Source: an uncultured delta proteobacterium | GTDB taxonomy: Bacteria; Desulfobacterota; Binatia; UBA9968 | Direction of reading: 5' to 3' | DNA length: 64,000 nucleotides | Assembly (NCBI GenBank): GCA_963745835.1 | Contig: CAVUZH010000003.1 | Location: forward strand, 1,385,185-1,449,184 | Shown here: in pieces, positions 9,967-20,337 of the stretch | Layout of the letters: the number at the start of each line of letters is the position of its first letter | How positions within the stretch are numbered: the stretch's first letter is position 1 | Made by a program: the position numbers and the translations under genes | The notes under the pieces: generated by a model | Seen by the model: the letters and a program-made list of their open reading frames with translations, nothing else | Database searches by the model: none | Told to the model about the DNA's origin: nothing

Positions 9967-11028
9967 ATGCGCACCAGAATAGAAGGGACATTATCGATTG
10001 CCGCAGTTGCGGTTTTTCTCAGTATCGGCTCGACTGCTGTGAGCCAGACGAAAAAACCGACTACGCTTGCGGAACTAGCAGCCTACACGGGCGCCGACCG
10101 TGAACAGCTTTTATTGGCCGGGGCCAGAGCTGAAGGCAAAGTCGTTTGGTACACGTCATTGGCCGGCGCGTCATTCAAAGAACCCATGAAAGCCTTTGAA
10201 GCGAAGTATCCCGGCGTCAAAGTGGAAGTTTATAGATCTCAGAGCAGCGATCTCGGAAAGAGGATCATGACCGAGAACAAGGCAAAGCGGTTTTATATGG
10301 ATGCGCTCGAAACCACGCTGCCGCTTCAGAAGCTTCTGCATGAAGACAAAATGATGACTCCTTTTACTTCGCCTCACCTCAGCAAGTATCCAGATATAGC
10401 AAAACGAAAAGCGGATAAGGGGCTGTACTTTTGGGCGGTGGACCGTGAGTCATATTCAGGATTAGCGATCAACAAGACCTCCATCACGGCAGCGAGTGTA
10501 AAGAACTACGAAGATCTCTTGAGGCCCGAGTTCAAGGGCAAATTAGGTTTTGCCATTTCCGAGACCGGACCGAGAGCTATCGGTGCAATGATCACGGCGA
10601 AAGGCGAAGAGTTTGTAAGAAAGCTGAAGTCACAGGAAGTTTCATTGCACGCGGTTTCAGGCCGCGCCGTGGCCGACCTGGTCGCCTCGGGTGAATTGGG
10701 TGCATCGCCGACGGTTTTCCGCAGCCATGCATCGGAGATTGCCGCCAGCGGCGCTCCGGTTACCTGGATTCCAATGGATCTGGTGCCTACTAATGCCGGT
10801 GCCGTAAGTCTTCCAATCAGCGCGCCGCATCCGCACGCAGCCGTTCTCCTGATAGATTTCATGTTGAGTCCCGAGGTGCAGGCCATCTTCGAGAAGGGTC
10901 AACAAGGTAGCCCGGCTAAGGATTACGGTTTCAAACGGTGGTATCCTGAAGAGGGAATGAATTCCGAGCAATACGATAAGGCGAGCACGCAGTGGGAGAA
11001 ACTGCTGCGCGAGATCGGCCGCAACTAA
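9967..11028 (+). CDS. ABC transporter extracellular solute-binding protein (Fe3+/thiamine-like family)
   Basis: Signal peptide, ARAEGKVVWYTS, APHPHAAVLLIDFMLS motifs; ATG 9967 after GGAGG. Confidence 0.85.
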   Translation: MRTRIEGTLSIAAVAVFLSIGSTAVSQTKKPTTLAELAAYTGADREQLLLAGARAEGKVVWYTSLAGASFKEPMKAFEAKYPGVKVEVYRSQSSDLGKRIMTENKAKRFYMDALETTLPLQKLLHEDKMMTPFTSPHLSKYPDIAKRKADKGLYFWAVDRESYSGLAINKTSITAASVKNYEDLLRPEFKGKLGFAISETGPRAIGAMITAKGEEFVRKLKSQEVSLHAVSGRAVADLVASGELGASPTVFRSHASEIAASGAPVTWIPMDLVPTNAGAVSLPISAPHPHAAVLLIDFMLSPEVQAIFEKGQQGSPAKDYGFKRWYPEEGMNSEQYDKASTQWEKLLREIGRN

Positions 11029-11029
11029 A

Positions 11030-12100
11030 ATGAAACTCAAGTATCACGGAGGAGAATCAAAAGTGCTGACCATCGATGCTGATGCCCACGTAGTTGAGAG
11101 TGAACGAACCTGGGACTATTTGGAAGGTAGCGACAAACGTTATAGGCCGGTGCCCATTACCGCCGACATGCCTCAGGATAAGAGAAAAAACTTCTGGATT
11201 ATCGGTGGCCGCCTGATTGGAGGGCGCGATAATATCGGCAAGGATACTTCTCAGGAGTCTCGAGAAATGGCCGACATTGAGGCGCGACTAAAGCACATGG
11301 ACGAGATCGGCACTGGGATTCAGGTGCTCTACCCTACTCTATTTCTCCGTCCGTGGACGGACCAACCGGAAATCGAGGTAGCACTGAGTCGCTCTTATAA
11401 TCGTTGGCTCGCGGACATCTGGTATAAAGCCAAGGGTCGATTGCGTTGGGCTGTGCATTTACCTTTGATGACGATGGACAAAGCGCTGGACGAGCTTCGC
11501 TGGGCCTCCGGAAACGGCGCGTGCGCTGTTTTTATGCGCTGTCTGGAAACCACTCATAGGTTGCACGATCCCTACTTCTTTCCCTTATACGAGGAAGCAA
11601 GCCGGCTCAACATGCCCATCGGCATTCACTCAGGGGTGGGAAACTTCGCGGTCTCCGAAGCTTTCGGCGTTGATCCTTTTCGCGAAGCCAAGCTCGGCGT
11701 GATTGGCGCTTTTCACGCTATGATCATGCGCGGCATCCCGGAACGTTTTCCGCGTCTCCGCATCGGTGCCATCGAAGTTTCCGCACAATGGATTCCGTAC
11801 GTGGTCCATGACATCAACCTGCGTTTGCCGAAGTTTCTCGGCAAAGAGGCCAATCCCGATGTGCTGCGCAACAGCAGTCAATTGTTTGTTGCCTGCCAGA
11901 CCGATGATGACCTGCCTTACATACTGAAGTATTCCGGTGAAAATAGCCTGATGATCGGCTCTGATTACGGCCACGCCGATAATGCCAGCGAGTTGCTGGC
12001 TTTGACTCGACTTAAAGCCAAGGGTGAAATCGATCCCCAGGTGATCGATAAAATCCTTTATGACAATCCAGCGCGGTTCTACGGCTTGTCGATTAATTGA
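11030..12100 (+). CDS. Amidohydrolase_2 family protein
   Basis: IDADAH metal motif, IGIHSG, GSDYGH, ILYDNPARFYG. Confidence 0.88.
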   Translation: MKLKYHGGESKVLTIDADAHVVESERTWDYLEGSDKRYRPVPITADMPQDKRKNFWIIGGRLIGGRDNIGKDTSQESREMADIEARLKHMDEIGTGIQVLYPTLFLRPWTDQPEIEVALSRSYNRWLADIWYKAKGRLRWAVHLPLMTMDKALDELRWASGNGACAVFMRCLETTHRLHDPYFFPLYEEASRLNMPIGIHSGVGNFAVSEAFGVDPFREAKLGVIGAFHAMIMRGIPERFPRLRIGAIEVSAQWIPYVVHDINLRLPKFLGKEANPDVLRNSSQLFVACQTDDDLPYILKYSGENSLMIGSDYGHADNASELLALTRLKAKGEIDPQVIDKILYDNPARFYGLSIN

Positions 12101-12142
12101 GTTTCCATGTAAGAAAGACGCTGCGGCCCGCGCGGAGACAAC

Positions 12143-12580
12143 TCACTTCATCGGACGAAACTTCGGCAAGGTATAGCCTTCGTTGTCCTCGTAGACCACT
12201 TCCACCGGCATGCCGATCTTCACTTGATCGGGCGCGCAATCGATGACGTTGCTGATCAAGCGCGGCCCTTCGTCAAGATCCACCAACGAAACATTGTAAG
12301 GCACCTTGTCCTCATAGGACGGGTGCCAGGCGCGGCAATAGGTGACGAACGAATACACTTTGCCTTTGCCGCTGAGCTGAACCCAGTCGTACTCCGGAGA
12401 AAGACAAAGGGGGCAGGAACCCTGAGGCGGATAGCTAAAAAGTTTGCCGCATACGCGGCAGCGCTGCGCCGTCAATTTGTGCTCACTCAGACTAGCCCAG
12501 AACGGCTTGGCTTCCGGTTCCTGGAGGAACGGTTCTACTTTAGGGACGGCTCGCCCGCGGTGGTCTTTTGTCTCGCTCAT
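12143..12580 (-). CDS. Zn-ribbon/OB-fold (DUF35) protein, thiolase partner
   Basis: QRCRVCG...CPLC, SGKGKVYSF, VDLDEGPR; overlaps the thiolase stop. Confidence 0.88.
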   Translation of the reverse strand: MSETKDHRGRAVPKVEPFLQEPEAKPFWASLSEHKLTAQRCRVCGKLFSYPPQGSCPLCLSPEYDWVQLSGKGKVYSFVTYCRAWHPSYEDKVPYNVSLVDLDEGPRLISNVIDCAPDQVKIGMPVEVVYEDNEGYTLPKFRPMK

Positions 12581-13731
12581 AATGCCCCCAAAATCAGACT
12601 AGCGTGCATGCATAGGCTGCCGCCATGGCCGCTGACGATACCAAGTTTGGCATCTTTTACCTGACGCTCCGGTTCGACTTCATTGCCGCGAAGCTGTCGC
12701 GCCGCTTCGGTGACGTGCAGCATGCCTTCGATATGCGCCTGCGATAACAGGCCGCCGTGGGTGTTCACCGGAAGCTCGCCGCCGACTTCGATGCGGCCGT
12801 TTTTGACAAAGTCCTTGCCTTCGCCTTTTTTGCAGAAACCATAATCTTCCAGGGTGATCATCGTGGTGATCGTGAAGCAGTCATAGATTTCGGCGAAGTT
12901 CATTTCTCCGGGTGTGAGTCCGGCCATCTTGTACGCCAGTTCGGATGACTTTTTGCCGCCGAGAGTCGTCAAACTGGGAGCATCCATCAGGCTAAAATGT
13001 GGATGATGTTGTCCCATTCCTAAAATCGCCACCGGCCGTTTGGGATAATCGCGGGCGCGTTCAGCGCTGGTGACCAGAACCGCGCCGCCTCCGTCGGACT
13101 CCAGCGCGCAGTCGAAAAGGCGTAGTGGATCGACGATGTAGCGTGATGCCTGGTGATCGGCGATGGTCATGGCTTTTCTCATCGTTGCGTTTCCGTTCAG
13201 ACAAGCGTGCTTGCGCGTTGCCACTGCGACATGGGCGAGATCTTCGCTGGTAGTGCCGAAGTCGTGCATATGGCGCTGCGCGGCAAAGGCGTGATTGGCG
13301 ACGGCCGAGAAATGGCCCCAAGGTTCCTCCCAATGTTCGTCGCCGTGGCGAATCGGGTTGCCCGGCGACGGATCGGGAGTGGCGCGTTTACGCGCGTGCA
13401 CGCACATGACCGTGTTGGCCATGCCCGCTTCGATTGCCATGACCGCGTTCTGGACCATCGCGATCGGGGTCGCGCCACCAAGAGCCAGGTCGGTGGCATA
13501 GGTCGGGCTCATGCGCGCCATATTCGCCATGCGCACGGCGTAACTACGGTGCGCGTCGTTGAGCGGTTGATTGGTAATGAAGCCGTCGACCTCAGAGGCT
13601 TTGATCCCGGCATCGTCGAGGCAAGCCTTGATGCATTCGAGATGAAGCGAATGCGTGCTCGCCTCCGGTCGCTTACCGACTTTAGTTTCGCCAACCCCGA
13701 CAATGGCGTACCGGCCGCTAATATGTCCCAT
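12577..13731 (-). CDS. Thiolase-family protein (SCP-x/Ltp2-like)
   Basis: AIVGVGET, EIYDCFT, VNTHGGLLS motifs; ATG 13731 after GGAGG. Confidence 0.88.
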   Translation of the reverse strand: MGHISGRYAIVGVGETKVGKRPEASTHSLHLECIKACLDDAGIKASEVDGFITNQPLNDAHRSYAVRMANMARMSPTYATDLALGGATPIAMVQNAVMAIEAGMANTVMCVHARKRATPDPSPGNPIRHGDEHWEEPWGHFSAVANHAFAAQRHMHDFGTTSEDLAHVAVATRKHACLNGNATMRKAMTIADHQASRYIVDPLRLFDCALESDGGGAVLVTSAERARDYPKRPVAILGMGQHHPHFSLMDAPSLTTLGGKKSSELAYKMAGLTPGEMNFAEIYDCFTITTMITLEDYGFCKKGEGKDFVKNGRIEVGGELPVNTHGGLLSQAHIEGMLHVTEAARQLRGNEVEPERQVKDAKLGIVSGHGGSLCMHASLILGAL

Positions 13732-14059
13732 GGTTCCTCCGAACAGATGATAGTCAAGACTTACGGGTCGTGAGGCATTGCTCATTGATCCCAGCGCTCC
13801 ATCACTCCATACTCCAGCCGGCCAGGATTTCCAACTGATTTACGTAAAATAACGCAATCGTAAAAGGATAGCGTCTCGTGTTCACCACGTTGAAGAGGAT
13901 TCGGAAAATCATGACTGACTGCCCGCAATACGCCTTAGATGTGATAGATCGGTAGGTCCAAGTCTCACGACAATTTTGGGACTAGCGCGGGTCTCAGGTT
14001 CTTAAGCGGTGCGGGACAGCGTCATGGACGTTCTGAGCCGCCAACGGATGACACCTGAA

Positions 14060-14191
14060 TCATTTGGCCGATGGGTGATTCAGCGTTCCTGCTTCCGGAG
14101 CCTCTTTCTTTTTCTTGAAATACTCTCGCTTAGCAAGCCGAGTCGCATGCCGCTTACGGCGTTGCAAGTTGCGTTTAGCATTCTGTTTCAT
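14060..14191 (-). CDS. Putative 43-aa Lys/Arg-rich small protein
   Basis: GGAGGT 5 nt before ATG; MKQNAKRNLQRRKRHATRLAKREYFKKKKEAPEAGTLNHPSAK; below ORF-track cutoff. Confidence 0.4.
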   Translation of the reverse strand: MKQNAKRNLQRRKRHATRLAKREYFKKKKEAPEAGTLNHPSAK

Positions 14192-14400
14192 GTCGTACCT
14201 CCATCTTCGTGCATCTTTTATTTATGTGCTATTTACAGTTGGCTCTCGATGGCAGTCAAAGCCGTTGTCACAGAGACGAATTCAGACCAAACAGTTCACA
14301 CAATAGCCGGTGCAGCGAGCGGCGGCAACCGAAGCGTTCTGATAACACCGCATAGGATTTGCTGTAGCGTGTGGGAAGACGGTTGGCGACGCAACAACGC

Positions 14401-15093
14401 CTAGACAAGCCGTAACTGCGCATCTGAGATCGGATTGATGCAATCCGAGGAGTCGAATTCAGGCTTATTAACCAGCGGCGAAACATCGTGAGACTCCATC
14501 AGCTCCGAAGGAAACGGCGCAAGCACCGCCGCGATATCTGCATCGCGCGTGCTGAGCCGCGGATCCAGCCACTGCCTCGCCTGCAGCGGATCGAAGATCA
14601 CCGGCATTCGGTTGTGAATACGGCGCAGCAAGGCATTGGGCGCTGTCGTTATAATTGTGAAGCTGTGGAGTATCTCCCCTTCCACATCCCGCCACACATC
14701 CCAAAGGCCGGCGAACGCGAACGGCTCTTTTTTCTTCAGATGAAACCAAACAGGCACTTTGCCGCTTCCCTCACGGCGCCACTCGTAAAAGCCGTCCGCG
14801 GGGATCAGGCAGCGGCGGCTTTCGACCAGCCGGCGAAAGCTCGGCTTTTCCGTTAGGCTGTCGGCGCGCGCATTGATCATTCGGTTCGCAATCGATCGAT
14901 CCGGCGCCCATGACGGGACCAAACCCCAGCGCATGATCTTGAGTTCGTTCTTGCCCCCGTTCTGAATAATGACAGGCACTTCCTGCGAAGGCGCAATATT
15001 ATAACGGCGACGAAGCAGCGGCAGATCACTCTGGAGTTTATAGCGAACTTTGATTTCTCGAAATTCGAAAGAAGCCGTAAAGCGTCCACACAT
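14401..15093 (-). CDS. SOS response-associated peptidase (SRAP/YedK, abasic-site shielding)
   Basis: N-terminal MCGRF, YNIAPSQ, WGLVP, INAR, GFYEW, HNRMPVI. Confidence 0.92.
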   Translation of the reverse strand: MCGRFTASFEFREIKVRYKLQSDLPLLRRRYNIAPSQEVPVIIQNGGKNELKIMRWGLVPSWAPDRSIANRMINARADSLTEKPSFRRLVESRRCLIPADGFYEWRREGSGKVPVWFHLKKKEPFAFAGLWDVWRDVEGEILHSFTIITTAPNALLRRIHNRMPVIFDPLQARQWLDPRLSTRDADIAAVLAPFPSELMESHDVSPLVNKPEFDSSDCINPISDAQLRLV

Positions 15094-16300
15094 AATAGCG
15101 GTCATCTATAGCACGCATAGCGAGATCTTTCATCAACGCAGGAGATTGTTTAAGCTCTCTACATAGGATCCTAGACGGCAGACAATGGAGAGCTCACATG
15201 GTTACAGCAGATAGTAAGTGTCCAAAATGCGGGAATGGCATCATGAAACTGTTTCCTGAAACAAAGCCTCTGATTCCGGAACCCGAGCAGAGCGAGCTGC
15301 GCGCCCGCTGCACCGTTTGCAATTACGAGGATACGGTTACGATTCGATCCGACGATTAGAAGAGAACCATCTGCCAAATGATTCTTTGCATTCCTACCCA
15401 GCCCGCTGCAGCTCGACTAAGACGGTGTCCCAAAGGAGTGAAGCTTATACTGGCGAAGAAATGACTTAGATCTTCTAGGCCACGGGTTTTGTCAACTTAG
15501 TCAATACGACGCCGCACGAGTGGCGAGATCCTGTGGAAGAACTTCCATCTAAGGCTACTTCAGTACAAGAGATGACGGCTTTACCGGCATCATGTTTGCG
15601 CCAAAGCTGCTTCAGTAATAGTGCCTAGAGGAGTGACTTCGATGGAATCGCCGCGACAGAAGAATGGCGGTGTGGGCGATGAAACTATATGCCCCTTCAG
15701 CGCTAAGACGGAAGAAAACCCCAATATGAGGATCTGTGATTTGGAACCCTATATTGAGCAAGAACAGAAAGTCTTTAGAATTAAAGAAACAGCGCGGTCT
15801 TGTAATCGGCGGCGCATGCTTAGAATTTATCTTCCATCATTACCGCTCAAGTAGATCGATAGTGAATACGACCCCAAATAAGTGGATTGACGAATGTTCA
15901 AGCTCCCAGAGTGGCCCCTTTTTAGAGTCAAATGTTTGCTCTGCCGTCATACAAATTGTCCGGCGTGTCGCGAGGTGTCATTTTCCATATTAGCATGTTG
16001 TCAATGCCGAGCTAGATTCTTCGAACGTCTTAAAAGATTCATACGAGCACCAAAGCAGCAATGGTAACAAAAAAGATGGATTTACTATGTCGTGGACAGC
16101 GAGAAATAAAGCCCCTATCGTTGGAGACACGTCGTCGCTATTCCAGGCTGTTTTCGAGTTCGCGTATCGTACTGAATTATTAAAACCGGACTTCCAAAGC
16201 GGAACGCCGTGGTTGTGCAAGAAGGATGTCTTCGAGTTTGAGAGAAGGCTTTCTCTCTTTGCAGCCCTAGGGTCGTGCCGATCCACCTATGCGTGGATCC

Positions 16301-17320
16301 TTACATACCGGACGTTTTATCTCGCACCAGGCGCTGAACGAAACATTGGCTGTCCCGTGACTCGTGAACACTCTGGCCGCAAGTGACTTTGCCCTTGAGC
16401 AAACCCGGTGCGGGGAATGCGTCTGCTGTGTTATTCCCCTTATCGGGACAGAAACGTGCCCAATCTGTGATCATCTGGCACTGGTTCAAGTTGCCACCGT
16501 TCTTGATTACTGGAATTAAGTAGCACCGGTTAGGGTCAGCTTTGAACATAGGCTTTAGGTGCTCATTAAAGATCGTTGCGTTGACACCATTGGCGATATT
16601 TCCACAGTAACCGACATCGATTGCCGGCTGGCCTGCGCACAGGGGCAACTTCTCAAAAAGGGCCCGGACCTCATCGGTGCTTGCGTTAGTTATCTGGTAA
16701 GTTTCCCAGCCGGCATTCCCTTTACCTCCGGTACGTAAGTCAAGCGTTGTATCCATACCGCAGATACCTTCCACGACGACTATGGGTAGTGCTGGAAGGG
16801 CTTGGTTCACAGCAACCGCGCTGACGCTCACATTAGCGGTGCCTTCTGTGGCTTGACCGAACAAATTGAGGAGAGGAGTTAAGAACAGCGGAGACTTCAT
16901 GGATTCCCCTGCAGAGCCCCCGTGAGGATTTTTATTCTCTAACGCAACCCGAGCTCCGTTAGCATTGGCGATGTTGACGCCTGAGGTGACAAATTCCCCA
17001 GTAGCGTTATCATACTTCACCAGCGTTACGTTCTGCTGATCAATGCTATTATTGGGACTGTCTAAATAATTGTTCCCGGTACCGGGATTAGTCCCGCCCG
17101 GATTAAACTTGGCCGCCCGGTTCGTGACGGTTGACCAGTTCCCGCTTGGTATTGCAGAAGCCGCCGCCAGAGCCGCCGCATCCACCGCCGGCTGCCCCTG
17201 CGATCTGACATAGGCGAGGTGCCCGGTATCTAACGCCATGCCGACCATGATCAGGAGCAAAACGATCATTACCGTGACGAAAATAAGCGCATAACCTCGT
17301 TCATTCGTTACAGCCTTCAT
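16301..17320 (-). CDS. TadG-like Flp pilus assembly protein
   Basis: ERG cleavage motif + TM, GMALDTG, Q-AVDAAALAAA; Cys-rich C-terminus. Confidence 0.8.
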   Translation of the reverse strand: MKAVTNERGYALIFVTVMIVLLLIMVGMALDTGHLAYVRSQGQPAVDAAALAAASAIPSGNWSTVTNRAAKFNPGGTNPGTGNNYLDSPNNSIDQQNVTLVKYDNATGEFVTSGVNIANANGARVALENKNPHGGSAGESMKSPLFLTPLLNLFGQATEGTANVSVSAVAVNQALPALPIVVVEGICGMDTTLDLRTGGKGNAGWETYQITNASTDEVRALFEKLPLCAGQPAIDVGYCGNIANGVNATIFNEHLKPMFKADPNRCYLIPVIKNGGNLNQCQMITDWARFCPDKGNNTADAFPAPGLLKGKVTCGQSVHESRDSQCFVQRLVRDKTSGM

Positions 17321-17335
17321 CGCACCCTCCCCAAT

Positions 17336-17854
17336 TTAGGCAGAATATGGTCCGAACGTGGTGGCATTCGTGCAGTAATTGTTATTCATATAGGGCTGAT
17401 ATTTGTAGTGCATCTGCGTGGTCCGAGAGATGGTAGCGGAGTCTGGAGCGTTACCGCCAAACAACCTTAATAACTGATACATAAAGAAGTTATACTGACC
17501 TTGTGCAGTCACCTCGAGAAATTCCATACAGCCCGTGCCTTTGTAAAATGTCACCGTCACCGTTTTGTTGGTTAGATATGCCGGCAACCGGCTCAGAACC
17601 TCTGTTTTGACGGTATTCGCTTCAGCGGAACTGAAGACTAGATTTGTACTCGGCCCACTTTTTTGGAGTCCGCTACCGATTCGAGCCCCCTCCCGAGCCG
17701 CAGTCTGAGTAAGATTTGCTACGAAAAAAGAAACGCCGAAATCAACGGGTATATAAAGTGCGATCAGTATCAGCGGAGTTATGAGCGCGATCTCTACGAT
17801 ACTTTGACCGCTTTCATTTTTTTGTTTTACTTTAGTTTCGTCGCCCGAGTTCAT
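17336..17854 (-). CDS. TadE/TadF-family pseudopilin
   Basis: GQSIVE motif, TM, AAREGAR. Confidence 0.85.
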   Translation of the reverse strand: MNSGDETKVKQKNESGQSIVEIALITPLILIALYIPVDFGVSFFVANLTQTAAREGARIGSGLQKSGPSTNLVFSSAEANTVKTEVLSRLPAYLTNKTVTVTFYKGTGCMEFLEVTAQGQYNFFMYQLLRLFGGNAPDSATISRTTQMHYKYQPYMNNNYCTNATTFGPYSA

Positions 17855-17898
17855 TGATTTGCCTCCTATCTGTCAGGACGCTTCGATCGCAACGCAAA

Positions 17899-18477
17899 TT
17901 AACACCCCGCCTGACCCTCCCACCGCATGCGCGTTTCACGAGTTATTGCTGTATTGCTTAGGTCTCCAGAAGCCCCGAACCACCGTAAGAGTTGATAGAA
18001 GAAGAAGTTGTAAGTCCCGGATACCGTGACCGTCACCATTCGGTTGCAGTTTGTGCCGGTATTAGGATCTAAATCCAGGGTGATGGTAGCAGCTGGAAGG
18101 AGCGCCGACGAAAGCCTGGCTGCCGTTTCCTTGAAGATATTTCCCGTACAAGAAGGCATGACGCAGCTAGCTGTTCCGCTTACGAGCGTCGGATCGGCAG
18201 CCGCAATTCTGGCTCCTTCGCGTGCCGCGTTTTGAGCAAGCTGCCCGGTATAGAACGCAAGTCCAAAGTCTGCCGGTATCCAGGCAACGATCAGCAGAAT
18301 TAGAAATGTGAGCGTGAACTCAACAGCAGCTTGGCCGGAGGAACGAAGCAATTTAAGTAAAGGATTTCGGCTAACATGCAGCGGGTATAAACCTGATGGC
18401 ATCCATCGACTCCCTTCAGCTTCAAATTTTGCTCTTTGGCCAACTGCAAATGATGCAACGCTGCAAAATTGCGACAA
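17899..18477 (-). CDS. TadE-family pseudopilin (start uncertain)
   Basis: GQAAVEF motif, TM, NAAREGAR. Confidence 0.82.
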   Translation of the reverse strand: MSQFCSVASFAVGQRAKFEAEGSRWMPSGLYPLHVSRNPLLKLLRSSGQAAVEFTLTFLILLIVAWIPADFGLAFYTGQLAQNAAREGARIAAADPTLVSGTASCVMPSCTGNIFKETAARLSSALLPAATITLDLDPNTGTNCNRMVTVTVSGTYNFFFYQLLRWFGASGDLSNTAITRETRMRWEGQAGC

Positions 18478-19052
18478 TCAATTGCTAGTTTCAGACCATG
18501 ACAAATCGCTGTCAAAACCGGTACTTTGATTGACACTGTTGTCACTGTCGCGTTCCGATTCGCATATAACGAGTAGCAGACGAACAAAATTGGTCGATTG
18601 CGCGGATGTGGAACTGGTGAGAGAACTCTATCGCAACAGCCCACCTGAGTGATGATCGCGTGGATCAGAGATCCGGCACAAATGAGCTGAGACGAAAGCG
18701 CAACCAACGGCGTCTTTTAGTTGTCTGATGCGAAGTGCCTGACGCTTTAACTGCCTCCGGAGAGACCTCGATTTCGTCGCACTAGAAAAAGAGCAGCGAA
18801 GCTAAATTCATCAGGCAGCGCAAGTCAGATGTATTCTGGTGAAAGATTCTCTTGTTGTACATTGCTGGCAGCAGTAGTGTGGTTTTGAGCAGTCCTCAGC
18901 GATTGGTGGCTTCTGAAATCTCGCAATAGACTGCCCTGCATTGCGTTCAGGCTTGCGAAGCATAATCCATGACAGCCAATACATCGCCGCAAGCGCGAGA
19001 TAGGCACTTTGCCATAACGGTAATTCCCGCTAGGCGGGTAATTCTTTTGCGA

Positions 19053-19397
19053 CTAACAGTTCTCGAATCTTACGCTGGAGGTCCACAAGACGGCTTGACA
19101 ATCCGTTACAGCCTGCGTCCAACACGACTTGAGATCCTCAGAACGAACCAGTGCGGTCGTTGCCAAGATAGGTATGTCTTTCGTTTCTCGGGAGGCGCGG
19201 AGCGCCCTCGCCACTTCCCAGCCGTCCATCACCGGCATCATCATGTTCATTAAGATCAAGTCTGGCTTATCTTGGTTAGCCTTTTCAACACCGGCTTTGC
19301 CGTCACTCGCCAGAACAGGAAGGTAGCCGGTTATTTGTACTCTTAGGGCCAATAGATCGCGCATATCCGAGTTATCTTCTACGATCAAAATCTTCAT
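19053..19397 (-). pseudogene. Single-domain response regulator (DivK-like), C-terminus frameshifted
   Basis: KILIVED, KPDLILM, MPVMDG, DIPILA; phosphoacceptor position is N rather than D; expected LDAGC..KP falls out of frame. Confidence 0.7.
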
Positions 19398-19766
19398 TAT
19401 CCCTCCCCGTATTTCGAATTTGACTACTTCATTGAAGCAACGCGGCGCCGGAAAGAAGAGAATCCTCATGTAGTTCCAAGCTGCGCTTCTTCGCTGGGCT
19501 ATTAACGAGAGCCACCTTTGCCCTCAGTTTCTAGAGGACAGCCAATAACTCTGGAGAAATTCGGCACGGGTGGAGGTCTATCTCTGCGGGCGCGATGGCA
19601 ACTTTGCCTGTTAACTCAGAGCGATCTCACTCATCGGGTTTATTCGTAGGCCGTATTGGTGAATCGACGGAACGCTATTAGACAAACATCAACAACGCAA
19701 CGGGCATGCTCAGTGCTCTAATGAATCGAATGGCAACAAAGATAATGCTCAGATAGGAGATACATA

Positions 19767-20123
19767 ATGAATATCATCTCAAAAGTCTCGATGGGCAAGG
19801 CGAGTTTGTTCACGACCTACTGGTTTATCTTCTTTCCGATTGCCTTTGTGATCAAACTCGCTGACAAAGCCGGAGCCGGAGGCGAGCAGCTGCTCATCAT
19901 TCTGCTGATCCCTTTCCTTTGGTCGCTATATGGCGTCTGGAGATGTGCCTTCAATGTCCGACATTCGATGTGGGGTTATATCGCCAGAGGGTTAATGGTC
20001 GTCAACGTTCTAATCTTCTTTGGGGTTTTCTTTGCCAGCATGGCTAATGAGATCCGCAAGCCGCAGCCGGCAAAGGCCGAGGACTTACGGCAGCGCGACT
20101 ATATCATAGGAACGTCCTTGTGA
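19767..20123 (+). CDS. Small membrane protein
   Basis: Three hydrophobic segments, GVWRCA motif; SD AGGAG. Confidence 0.65.
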   Translation: MNIISKVSMGKASLFTTYWFIFFPIAFVIKLADKAGAGGEQLLIILLIPFLWSLYGVWRCAFNVRHSMWGYIARGLMVVNVLIFFGVFFASMANEIRKPQPAKAEDLRQRDYIIGTSL

Positions 20124-20337
20124 CTTCATGGAGATGGACGGCGCCATTTAAACTCCGGTTACAGTCCCATTCTCAGGGAACTCAAACACGTACTCCTAGA
20201 TCTCGGAAGATCGTCCATTCCTCACCTAAGCTTAGCGCTTGTCGCCCACGGCGCGTATTGTACGTTGAAATCCCCGGCTGATTGCAAAAGCCTCAATCAA
20301 TTCTGGATTTTGAATTTTCGTTTTTAAATTTGGTCGA

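Noticed and set aside
9967-13731. SBP-amidohydrolase and thiolase/OB-fold pairs as a novel pathway
   Set aside because: Both pairings are common catabolic arrangements; substrate cannot be inferred from sequence
15171-16290. Short ORFs in lower-GC patch
   Set aside because: No recognisable motifs or consistent frame; probably decayed DNA
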